Assembly: GCA_013115145.1 (NCBI GenBank)
Contig: JAAPAO010000120.1
Span: 1 to 64,000 of the forward strand
DNA length: 64,000 nt
DNA from: Perkinsus chesapeaki ATCC PRA-425
Lineage: Eukaryota > Protista > Perkinsozoa
Direction: 5' to 3'
Below, piece by piece: positions 32,629 through 43,256 of this stretch (positions are counted from its first letter, which is position 1; each line of letters starts with the position of its first letter). The notes beneath the pieces are model-generated. The model was not told the origin of the DNA. It did not search any database and saw only the letters and a program-made list of their open reading frames with translations. Position numbers and translations under genes: made by a program.

Positions 32629-33876
32629 ATGGCCCAACGAAGTGTAGGTGAAGATGGCGCATCAGCCGCGGCGGCGGCCGCAGCAGCCAGTGCTGTCTTC
32701 GACGCCGCTGCAGTGGTCCCTCAACCAGACGATGACCAAGGGTATCAGGCCCAGCAAGATGCCTTGGCCGCCAGTGGTATGGTACCAGCCTTTGAGTTCC
32801 CCGGTGGCAGAGACGGTATGCCTCCGCCATGGGCTGCCTTTGACCCTACGGCCATGGTTTTTCCGCCCATCCCTCCGGGCTTTGGTCCTGGATTCTTCCC
32901 GCCTCCGCCACCGATACCACCAGGAGCCACTACGCATCATTTATCACCAGAGAGTCCCGCGGCCATGGCTGCGGCTGCAGGGCTGCCTCCGGGCTGGGCG
33001 GACTACCTGGCCACTGCTGACAACCCGGGGGAGATCGTTCAGGCCATACATGACCTCGCTGCTATACAACAGTTGGGGCCCGAGGACGACTCTGTGCTGC
33101 CTCGAGGAGTGTGCCGAGAAGGACGTGGTTGGGTTGCCAGTGTGAGGCTGTTACGCAAGCAATTGAAGGGTCCAGTGAGACATACGATACAGCAGGCTGC
33201 CAGCGATCGGTTGCATATGACTATGCTTAAGAATACAAGGCCCCATCACGAGGTGCTGGAGATGGTACGAGCTATGAAGCGACGGAAACGACCCAACAGG
33301 CAACCTGGCCTTCCACCACCGCCAAAGCAGCCGCGGAAACAGAATAGGATAAGGGACTCTGAGGGCTATGAGGACTTGCAAGGGCCGCCATCTCAGCACG
33401 GTATGGCCGACGACAAGTCTGATGCTGCGGCAGCCGCGGCTGTGGCTGCGGCCTGGCCTGCACCACCTGGAACTGACAACGGCAGCTCAGTCCTCGAGAT
33501 GGGCCCCTCCTCTGCTGGGGAAGCCTCTAGCAGCTCAGCTGAGCAGGAAAGTGGTGACAGGGACACTGAGGCCCTATTGGCTGCCAACATCCACCAAATG
33601 TCGGTCCTTCAAGCACAGCAACTCAGTGTGCTGCAACAGCTCATGTTCACACAACAGCAAGCAGCTGCCATTGCTGCCTCGGCTGGACGAGGAGGCGAGG
33701 ACGGTGTTGAAATCAACATACCGGCCGCGGGTGAGGATGGGATATCTAGTACGGATGGATCCCTGTCGCCTCCGCCCTCTGGAGATGATATCACAGCAGC
33801 AGAAGCCCAGGATTTGGTAGGCCACATGGGGGGCCAGGATCCTAGCGGCCCGAGTGACGGCAGCGGTGCAACGTAA
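32629..33876 (+). CDS. Low-complexity nuclear protein with AP2-like DNA-binding motif
   Basis: Intronless and Ala/Pro/Gln-rich. The single globular core LPRGVCREGRGWVASVRLLRKQLKGPVRHTIQQAASDR (33097-33210) is followed by a basic NLS-like KRRKRP. Confidence 0.6.
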   Translation: MAQRSVGEDGASAAAAAAAASAVFDAAAVVPQPDDDQGYQAQQDALAASGMVPAFEFPGGRDGMPPPWAAFDPTAMVFPPIPPGFGPGFFPPPPPIPPGATTHHLSPESPAAMAAAAGLPPGWADYLATADNPGEIVQAIHDLAAIQQLGPEDDSVLPRGVCREGRGWVASVRLLRKQLKGPVRHTIQQAASDRLHMTMLKNTRPHHEVLEMVRAMKRRKRPNRQPGLPPPPKQPRKQNRIRDSEGYEDLQGPPSQHGMADDKSDAAAAAAVAAAWPAPPGTDNGSSVLEMGPSSAGEASSSSAEQESGDRDTEALLAANIHQMSVLQAQQLSVLQQLMFTQQQAAAIAASAGRGGEDGVEINIPAAGEDGISSTDGSLSPPPSGDDITAAEAQDLVGHMGGQDPSGPSDGSGAT

Positions 33877-34241
33877 AATGTCACCACACTGCTGCTGTTG
33901 TTGTTGTACCTGAATTATAAGAAGGCTGGCGGCTACTAGTCAGCAGCCTTCGTAACGTAGTATTCCCTTTATCGACCTGTTAATCCCCTTTTACGCAGCC
34001 TGCTGAACCCCCTCTAATGAGAGCCCTACTGTGTCTTATATAACAAAAAAAGAAGAAGGCCACGGCCCCTACTGCTGCTGCTGTTGAGGCCGCGAGGAGA
34101 TAGGATGATAACGATAATATAGCCACCATTGCCCTATAGAGAGACTACAATCTATAGTCTGAACCGCCGTAGCACTGTTGCGTTGCACTTAGTCAATAAT
34201 TAACTGCAAAACAACAGCACCACCACCAGCAGCAGTAGCAA

Positions 34242-37222
34242 ATGCGTTTGTTCATCAACAACGTTAACGCTCCTCTAGGCCGGCTGGTCTGTGCCCAGCT
34301 GAGGCAAGTTGCCAAGACCGAAGATGATGAGGAGCCACCAGAGCTCCCTAGGGTCATTGGCACCATACGAGAGGAGGAGGTCCAAGCTTGTGAAATGGTC
34401 ACTCGGGAATTGCATCCTCAGGTGGCCGAAAAACCGAAAGCGGTCCAGAGGGTGCTGTCGAAAAGCAAGCCCAAGGTAGTAGGAGTAACCGGTGTACTGG
34501 TGGGCCATGGGCTTCGGGTAAGATACTGGCTAAGGCCGTGTTCGAATGTGATGCGGCTGTGTACTGCATGACCGAGTGTGATCCATGGGAAGTTGAGAAC
34601 GTTCTGAACAGAGCTGAGGTGCTGCAGCTGCTGGGATATGGCAGTGGCCAGGGTTGCCACTTAGGCCCACGATTTCGACCATGCATTCACCTTTATATTG
34701 TTAACAAGCGCGGAGGGATGGACCGGCGCTTATGAGGGCCGTGGTGAGCTTTCACAGAGAAGCAGTGATATGTGTGTAACTGTCAGAGTTATCGGCGTCG
34801 AGCCCCGAGGACTTCGAAAGTCGGCGCGCTCCAGAGGGTGCCTCGGGCCTATGGCGGGCTTTGGAGGACAAAGCTCTGGCTCTCAACACTAAGCCTAATG
34901 TCAGGGTCCCTTGGTGGATGTTGGTTACTACTGATTGGACAGGTTATCTCCTATGTGGTATGCCATGGAGTTCTGTATGGCAGGGGGGAGCTGCAAGAGG
35001 GTTTCTATGGCCTTTTCAAGTCAGCACCTGGATATTGGTCAATGTCGGAGCCGATGTCAGGGACTCCTGGAGGGGCCAGAGAGACTCGCTTTGTATATTC
35101 GGGTCGGGTGACAACTGTTTGCCGATGATTCACATCTTGGACTTGGCCAGGATCGTGAAAGTAGTGCGGTGATGGTAGCTGGTACCAATGGCCTGAGATA
35201 GGCCCTCTTTACTCGTGCTGCTGCAGTGGCAAGTGGACAGGAGGACCCATTTAAGGTGAATGAGGTGTGGCAATGGCAGGGCAGAGCTAAGGTTAGGCTC
35301 CAGCGGAAGAAGGAGAGGAGGGCGGTAAAGAAGAGGAAGCCGAGCAAGCTGCCGGCGGGTTTTTGGGTACCATGGCTGGCTGGTGATAAGGTGACCGATG
35401 CGGTAGGTAATTATATAGTAGCCGTGGATGACGCTAAAAGTACGCAGAGGGAGGTCATTAGAGCGGTTGCAGAGGAGATACTAGGCATTGAGGAAGATAC
35501 TGGGATAAGGTCAACTGCCGCCGCGCAGACTTGCGCATGCGTGCAACCTGAGTCTACTGTGTCTGTCAGGGAGGTTGGCATGGACATGTGTCCTGCTTGG
35601 CTATCACTCAACCTGAAGATTCGTCAATCGGATATGTTGAAGCACCCTCACTTCTCCTGGTCAGTGCCGGAGCGGCCAGTTCCGTCAACATCACCTCCAG
35701 GCACTGTAGAGAGGGCCTTGTACGCAAAATCAACGACGTGGCTAAGGAGTTCTGTCGAGCCAGGAAGCTTGAGCCAGTAACGCCGGAACCCCCAGCTCGT
35801 GGTTGTCCGTGCCGCAGATCCGAGTGCTGATCTACGGCGAACCTCAGTGTGGAAAGAGTCACTTCGCCAAGAAAATATCCGAGCACTACAACGTGGGTTG
35901 TTGGGGACGCAGCCAGAACTGCTGCTGTAGATACCTCTGGTCTCGCTGGAGTCCGCGAGGGCCCTACAGAAATCTCGTGAAGGTGCTAAGTTTCGGAGCC
36001 CCTCGCATCAGCTTCATCAGGCGGGAAACCGGACGAGGCGGACAGCGCTGTGATGCGACGGTATGGAGTGGACAGAGCAGAATGCAAGTACAGGGGATGG
36101 GTACTGGACGGGTGAGTTACTATGAAGGAGAAATACCATCGGCGGGGATCGAACCTGCGTTGTTTTGTAGTTATCCTTCAAACGTAAAGGAGGCCCGTGG
36201 TATGTTCTTCGATGAGATCCCTAATGAAATAGAGCAACCAGAAGATGCCAAAGACGAAGCCGAGGTGAGCCCCACGGGCAAAAACGGTGACTCTGCCGCT
36301 AGGCTCCTGACAACGTTGACCAGCCAGCTGCGGTCCCCCCTCGGACCAAGACTGTCCCCGCTCGCCAACGCATACCTCACAGTGCTATACGCTTCGTGGT
36401 AGCCCTCCGCCGTGGCGTCTGATTATACTGGCCACTTCAGACCTCTATCGGGGCCCAAGAGGGCAGCGAGCACCAGAGCAAGGCCGAAGATATGTGTGAT
36501 GTCCTTCTGCAGGTAGGGGCGCTGGTCAGGTGTGATTGCCCACTGGGTGGCAGGACCTCGGCGTTGAGACCCTGGCTCTGGACGTGAGCAGCTCAGTGGC
36601 GGGGGATCCAGAGAGGGAACTAATGAGATTCGAGAAACTGAGAATGTATATTGAGAGGAATGGTGGGAGGGGACCCCTCATGGGATGGTAGATAGGGAGA
36701 ATTTGATAGGGAGACCCTTTAATTTCCTGGCGAGTGACGCAGAGGTATCCAAGGAGGTTCGCCAAGTGCTAGATCGTGCAGCTCATGCTCTGCGGCAGAT
36801 TTCGGAGGTGGGACGGCGTGGGCCTTGGTAAAGTAGCTTGATTCAGGACGAGGAAACGAAAGCTAATTTAAGAAGAGCGGAGGTAGCCCGAAAGGAAGCT
36901 GTCTTCGACGTTGAGAGGCAGTCGGCTATAGCCGAATGGCGGGAGAAGGTCATAACCTCGCCTCACAGGCCCGCTGCTGCTGCTGCTGGATGGTGCTTTA
37001 TAGGTGTCGATATTAAGGGAGAAACCATTGAGGGAGTATGTCCTAGAGTAGTACCGGAAGTTTGAAGGAGGGGTAGGAGGCTCGGCCCAAGCCGCTTGGG
37101 GCAGATACATCATCCCTGATTTGACGGAGGGCCTGGCGGAGATGTGTAAGGTGGACCCAGACGACCCTATCGAGTACATCGCCAACTACCTTGAGGCAAA
37201 GGCGGCAGAGACTACCACATAG
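34242..37222 (+). CDS. AK7: Adenylate kinase 7 (flagellar; SDR-like N-terminus, AK domain, Dpy-30 C-terminus)
   Basis: N-terminus MRLFINNVNAPLGR, P-loop IRVLIYGEPQCGKSHFAKKISEHYNV, and a C-terminal Dpy-30 motif YIIPDLTEGLAEMCKVDPDDPIEYIANYL. Many short introns. Confidence 0.88.
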
Positions 37223-37312
37223 TACCATGCATCCCTACTAATGTTATAAGGAAACGCTGTGGTGTTAGTCTGGGGAAAGTGGGGTGATCAGCTTTGATAA
37301 GCGAGAGCCTAT

Positions 37313-40300
37313 ATGAACGCTCATCCTGTCGCGCCGCAAGGGCCCCACATGCCACCCTCCTCGCCGGGCCCACCGATCTCCCGGTTGGAGAGGTTCCTGC
37401 GGCTGGGCCCTCGTGGGACTGAGGTGTCAGGGCCGCGGAGTAGCGGTAGTAGCAGCAGTAGCTCAACGGCAGCGACAGCTAAGAAGGCCACGAAGGGCCA
37501 GGCCGTCAAAGACGCTCGAGCAGTGTGCCTTGGAGAGGATAATATCACTCTAGAGGATGTGGCTGAAGTTGATTCCCTGGCTGAGAATGTAATAGAGGGT
37601 GGGAAGATATGGACAACAATTGGAAACGCATTGGTGATGGGGCGTGGCAGGTTGACAGCCCCGAATCCATGTGGCGCTATCTGGAGCTACTATTCCTGCC
37701 CCAAGACAGGCGGATGGCTCAGCTACTACGGGAATGGCTTAGAGGAGGAGCGGGCCCTGAGCCCATGGACGGGGATTCTAGTGAGGATGGTACTGGAGAG
37801 CTGCTGGGGTCTGACCATTACGTTGGCCTTTCAGTGGCAATGAGTGGCATCCAGTCGCAGCCGGCGCTGCTGCCCGAGTTAGCAAGGGCCGAGAAGGCCA
37901 TGGCCCAGTCTTCTACGGTAGTGTGGCATGGATGGTGGGGCGGTGGCGGAACTGAGCATATCAGATTCACTACAGCTGGGACTGGGCTTTAGAGGATGCA
38001 ATAGCTCCCAGAGAGCAAGCATTGGGGGTAACTCAACTGCTACGATGGTGCTGCTTGGTACACGGTGTATAGGTTTACGCAAGGTTAGGGATACCACCAC
38101 CTAGGGATCTTAAGGAGTTGAAGAAGAGCTTTCCTCGTGTTCAACTAGCAGGACCAGATCACACCTTCGACGTTAGGCTGTCTGATAGGCCAATACGGAC
38201 CAGACGTTTGCCTACCGCTCCCTTCTCCTACTCACCGTTACTGTAAGGCTTTGATGCAACTGTCGAATGGCAGTGGCTTGCCTTCAGATCTCCCTATCTC
38301 TCCAATCCTCTATTACAGCCTCCTCCACCCCTACCGACCCTCCTCACAACATCTGTGTCCTCCTCCTCCTCCTCTGACTGCATAACCGACCAAACGCTTG
38401 CAGCTGGTGGAGTAGCATATGTACCGCCGGAGTCAGGCCCACAGTTGTTCTCGGAGCCGGCCCGGGCTCGGTCGTCCAGCGACGAATCGGTGAGTGTCGG
38501 CAGCAATGTCGTTGAAGCTATCTTGGTTCGGCAGTCCGATTTCGCTCCAGCCAGGCATCGCTCACATAGACTTGGAGACAGCACATTCAGGCAGCTCTAC
38601 GAGGACCTTAAGTCAACCTACACGGTATCTTTATAGCTTGCTTTCGTGGCATATCTTTTGGTCTCCAGGAGAACCGTGAGCTAGGCCGGTATATATTGCG
38701 CAACATCATGGCGAATGTGGAGACCGAGGAGGAACGAGGGCAGGCTACACGGGCCTTTATGAGGACGTTATCAGAAGCAGCGGGGCATCATGTTATGAGA
38801 CTCGAGTGAGCACAGTTGCGAACAGGCGTATCTTAGGTTGGAGTGTGCATTTAAGGTATGACCATTGGATAGATAGCGTTGATGAGCTATTCCCTGCACC
38901 ACCTCAAGACTGGCCAAAATACGATGGCAAGCTACTCGTAGTCTTCGACGACTGCATCACCAAGATTCGGGCCAGGGCGATCGACCGGAATGTTGTTGTG
39001 GGGTAGGGGTGGCTCAAGGCCCATCCTCCCTCCCTCTCGGTCATCTGTCTCACTAGGTATCTCCGAGATCGCCAGCAGCGGTTCATGACTGGCTATGACG
39101 ACGTGCAGCAGTTCTCTCTGACTACACGGCCTTTGAGGAGCCATGACCTGCCCTCTGAGGTTGAAGATGATGTTAGTGTCCCAAGTTGCAGTGACGAGAC
39201 TCTGGAGGGCCTCCCGGACCTACCACAGATTGGTACGGCAAGCCACCTTTGAAGGAATGTCTTTGCTTTTGTCAGGTCCGTTCTGCCACATTTGCCGGCG
39301 GTCCGCTAAGGCGGTAGCTGCTGGAGCCGCCGATGCAGCGAGGAAGGAGGCCCTGGGTCTGCCACCCACTAGTAGGAACCTGTCCCGTAGCGGCGGCCAA
39401 CAAATTCCCCCGTTCAGGCTTGATAAATGTGGATGCGCGGCAGAGATCTCAGATGGCAGTCTGCAGTGGAGTCCTTGATGATGCCTTCGAAGGTAATGTC
39501 GCCATCTCTACGCCGGCGATCAGTCCTCCGCCGCAGGTTGGCCGGGCACCACTCCTTGCCACAGACGTTTCTGTCACACCTGTCTGGTTTTGTACAGTCA
39601 CCAAGCCCCTATTGAAGGTAAGGGAATGTCGATGGTCGCTGTGAAGGATTGCTCTCAGGGAAGCCGTGGAAGTGTCCAGTTTGCACGAAGTCTTGCTCTT
39701 GTGAACGGTGTACTCGGGCCCATTACATTAAAGAAATTCGAGCCTTTGCTCTTGCGTGAGAGAACCGATTGGATTCTGACTCGACGGTAGCGTTCCGTGT
39801 TTAGGAACCTGGGCACTGGGAGGCTGCGAGACCTGATAAGTCGGCCAGCGGACGAACCACGGGAGAAGTGGAAGCCTGGTTTTCCCGTGCCGTGGCCACA
39901 GTTCATGAAGATGGCCCCAGACAGTAGGGATGTCGATCCCTGATCCGATGATTGAATCGTATACTGCATCCCCGTCCAGGTAGCTTTATAATTCAACCTG
40001 ACGCCGAGGTCCACCGGCAAGCTCTGGAGATCGAGAGCGCACTCGCCCGCAAGGAGCTTCATAAGGCTGCTGGGGCAGCGGCCAAGGCCATGAAGGATTA
40101 TACTCCACGAATGTCCACACGGTCGAGTCATGGCCGACAGAAACAAAGTGGTGGGGTCTGGAAGCGGTGACTCTGGTGTATCTCACACTTAGGCCGGTCG
40201 AATGCCTCCAAGGCTGCAGTAGCCTCCCCAGCAGCCACATCTAGAAGCGCTGAGACTCCACCTTCGCTGGAGCTACACTCTCCTGAAGATGTCGCCGCTG

Positions 40301-41044
40301 CATTCCTCAGAGTGCTGCTGTATTTCGGCTAACCATCATGTTTATTGTTTGTTGGTGTTCAGGAACTGGTGCCACAGGGAGCCGGACCAACATCAACCGA
40401 GAAGCTGCTCGTGCTGCGGAAAGCTGTGGAGCGTCTCAGGGATGTACAGAAATTGCGGTAGGCCTCCGAAGCCGTAGAAGACACAGATAGATACTCTCTC
40501 TAGGTTAGAGGCAGTCGACCTGCTGAGCCAGCGAGAGTCGACCCTAGCAGCATCGCTGGAAGGTTCTGGCCCTCAAGTCCTCGCGCGGTCACTGCTACAC
40601 CCGACGCCTGACTGGCTTCCTACTGATGACCTCTGCATTAAGGATGATGACTTGGCGGATGAGTTCATTACGGCACTACATCGGGTCCTGCCCGAGAAGC
40701 GTTTGCGTCAAGAGGTGCCAGTCGAGGACAGCGAAACCGAGATCGAAGGAGGGCCTCCGCCAGATCCCTCTCGTGCTGCACGGAATGCTGTGAAATGGCG
40801 GCGACTTACTCGGCGATGTGGAGTTCGTAAGCCTTCAAGTGTGGCCCTACATCCCGGAAGGTCACGTACCAAAACAGCAGGCGACGAGACTGACACAGAG
40901 ATGATGCCGCCAAAGCATGCATCGCGTGGGCGAGGGAGGAAGCCAGGCTCAAAGCGGTCTGCAGCTGCAGCTGCTGCTGCCACCGTGCGCAGGCCGGACA
41001 GGTTCCCTGCTGCTGTCCATTATGAGATTATGGATTTCGTATAA
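37313..41044 (+). CDS. Large multi-exon hypothetical protein
   Basis: Colinear plus-strand exons with GT-AG junctions (e.g. 37609-37790, 38836-39000, 39057-39234, 40500-41044). A weak WHIM/WSD-like motif occurs near 37640. Boundaries are uncertain. Confidence 0.45.
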
Positions 41045-41862
41045 TACGCATAGTACTGCAAGATGACACAGTCTTTTTGTTAACAATCCTACTACAACAT
41101 TTGAAGCTTCATTTGTATTATTGTAAATTACGTTGGAGAAAAAATGCCAATGCTGTGTTGTTAGTTAATGAACATTAGGACAGAAAAAGAGAGCCAATAT
41201 GAGCGATTTGGTAGATGCTCCGAACTTGAGCGAGCGCGAGAGTTTCAAGTCCAACGCCGCAATTCGCCTTAGCCCAACACCAATGGACTTGAATATACAA
41301 AGGATATGAACTCTTGTTATCTTTTCCAAACTTCTGATGTACTTAGTAATGCGTCTCAATGATGTATTGTCTTGTAGTACGCTCTACGAGCCGGAATCAA
41401 TCCCTCGCTCGTCTATTTGCGTTGCCACGATTTTAAAAGGGAGTTATACTGTGCCTTTGCGATGAGTCAACTTGAGCGGTACTGTAAAGGTTATTTATAA
41501 AATATGCACACCCACCCCAAACTCCGTTTAACGTAATATCATTGCTTGTGACATGCTTTCATGCGACTGCCAAGCATCCCGCTTGTTTTGGAAAGCACTA
41601 AGTGCTTCGAGGTACAGTTCGAGCCGGAGTCTGTTCATCACCTGTGTATTTGTCTTGCCACACAATCCTGCGCAAGCTAGATGGTACATTTACAATTGTA
41701 ACGACAATATGATTGTTGTCGGACCATATATTGTTCCAATCCTGGCTCAAGCTCGTGGTGAGAACACATACTCGATACGTATATGGTATTTGCTGGTATT
41801 ATGCGATTGCCTTCCGACAGGTGCTAAGCATGTTCAATTGATAATAATCGGGCATTGTTTAA

Positions 41863-41939
41863 GCCTCAGCAATAGGAAGTTATCAATCACTTACAATCCG
41901 TTCTAACGTATGTGATATTTGATTAAGATCATCATTGGC
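41863..41939 (-). ncRNA. Box C/D snoRNA candidate (LSU rRNA guide)
   Basis: Minus strand: C box ATGATGA (41935-41929), D box CTGA (41869-41866), terminal stem GCC/GGC. The guide is antisense to TCTAACGTATGTG (41902-41914), whose TCTAAC matches the conserved LSU GGAGTCTAAC segment. Confidence 0.7.
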
Positions 41940-41949
41940 ATCATCACGT

Positions 41950-42021
41950 AGGTCAGAGTATATTAAAGTTGTTTGAATCGATCACAGTATCATTCACTTG
42001 ATAATATCTTTCATCATACCA
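41950..42021 (-). ncRNA. Box C/D snoRNA candidate (18S rRNA guide, snR47/U36 target region)
   Basis: C box ATGATGA (42017-42011), D box CTGA (41956-41953). A 16-nt antisense to the conserved 18S sequence GTATATTAAAGTTGTT (41958-41973) lies next to box D. Confidence 0.85.
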
Positions 42022-42030
42022 TCAATTTCG

Positions 42031-42110
42031 TAGGAGATCAGCCAGTAAGTCAGCGAGTAATCTCTTCACAATGTTCTGTGGAAAGAAGATTGCTTCGCAT
42101 CACCTCCTAG
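42031..42110 (-). ncRNA. Box C/D snoRNA candidate (LSU GGAAAGAAGA guide), copy A
   Basis: C-like GTGATGC, guide TCTTCTTTCC (42089-42080), D' CAGA, C' GTGAAGA, D CTGA (42041-42038), and a perfect terminal stem TAGGAG/CTCCTA. Confidence 0.75.
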
Positions 42111-42120
42111 ACACAATACT

Positions 42121-42202
42121 TTAATCAGACGGTAAGTCAGCGATTCAATTCTTCACAGTAATTCTGTGGAAAGAAGAATATGTCTTATCGCATCACATCA
42201 AC
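42121..42202 (-). ncRNA. Box C/D snoRNA candidate (LSU GGAAAGAAGA guide), copy B
   Basis: A diverged tandem duplicate of 42031-42110 that keeps GTGATGC, TCTTCTTTCCACAGA, GTGAAGA, CGCTGACTTAC and the terminal CTGA while its spacers differ. Confidence 0.72.
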
Positions 42203-42214
42203 TTCCCCATTCAA

Positions 42215-42305
42215 GCATGGCTCAGATTTGCAGAATTCCAAAGGTGTTCTCTTCACGCGCGTGGCGTCAGAGTCTAACGTATGAAAGATGTCATCATTAT
42301 CATGC
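42215..42305 (-). ncRNA. Double-guide box C/D snoRNA candidate (5.8S Gm75/SNORD96-type guide plus LSU guide)
   Basis: C ATGATGA (42297-42291), D' CTGA (42270-42267), C' GTGAAGA, D CTGA (42225-42222), stem GCATG/CATGC. The D guide is antisense to 5.8S TTGCAGAATTCC (42228-42239), and the +5 rule lands on the G of UUGCAG. The D' guide is antisense to AGTCTAACGTATG. Confidence 0.88.
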
Positions 42306-42420
42306 ATCATAAACCAATCCCATTAACAAGAATGACACACAACATTAAAAACAACGACGCAACCGCGAATCAAGGTCGCAGGGAACAACCTCGCCAATGA
42401 TCACGACTTGGAGAAAGCAT

Positions 42421-43106
42421 TTACTCTTCCTGGTTGATGGAGAAGTAACGAAGCTCGTAGGTGTTCTTGTTGCTGGCGACAACCCTCAAGAAATCACGGA
42501 GGAGCTGCTTCTTCAAGTACTTCTTGGTCAAGTACTACACAAAACAAAAAATCATGCAATTAATTAAGACGCGCAATCCACACGCATTATATTCCTCTTA
42601 ACGATATACCTACTAGGAAGACGCACACGACAAGCGCGGCGTTTTCCAGGGAAGATAGCCCTGGGCTCACCTTAAGATAACGCTTGGAGAAGGGGGCAGC
42701 GGCGGTCACAACAATCTTGGCCTTGCCAGTCTTGGTGACAGTGACGCTCTCACCGAGGTTACCGGTCTTGCCATCAACCTTAATGCGGTTGCGGAAGAAC
42801 TCAGCCTGAAACAGGAGTAGATACAACCAAGAACTGGGGATAGATAACTATCAATGTCCTCAACGATGCATTCAGAAAAGAATTAGTCAGCTGTGGTATA
42901 ATCATCATGATCATACGGGGAAAGAATAGGTCTCATCATTATAGCATCGGCAATGTCAGGTCAAATTACGAGCAACCCGCCCCACTTACCAAAGACTCGG
43001 CGTCGATGACGTTGTCGTTGACAGGCTTCTCGCAGTCAACAACGAACTTCAAGGTCTGCTTCTCGACCTTCTTGTTGGCCTTCTTAGCGATTCCCTTAAC
43101 AACCAT
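42421..43106 (-). CDS. RPL22: 60S ribosomal protein L22 (eL22)
   Basis: Three exons: MVVKGIAKK...[17 protein letters not shown]|[18 protein letters not shown]...FSKRYLK|[31 protein letters not shown]. Confidence 0.97.
42864..42949 (-). ncRNA. Intronic box C/D snoRNA candidate in RPL22 intron 1
   Basis: C ATGATGA (42939-42933), an 11-nt guide antisense to LSU CGGGGAAAGAA (42916-42926), D' ATGA, C' ATGATGA, D CTGA (42875-42872), and a perfect stem CGATGC/GCATCG. It sits in an intron of ~180 nt where most introns here are ~45 nt. Confidence 0.85.
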
Positions 43107-43256
43107 AGTTATTGATTCGTGGTTTGGAGTTGTCCATCCTCATAGCATATCGCTAACGTCTTATCGATTAAGCAATCGATGAAGATTTTCATGCAGTTGC
43201 AGGAAAACTGCACGCGCATTCTCCTCGTGTTGGCCAGAGACACTTGCACAGCTGCC

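Noticed and set aside
41736-41751. CCAATCCTGGCTCAAG resembling the 3' end of the perkinsid/dinoflagellate spliced leader
   Set aside because: It is only a partial match, and it is followed by CT rather than the GT donor of an SL RNA gene.
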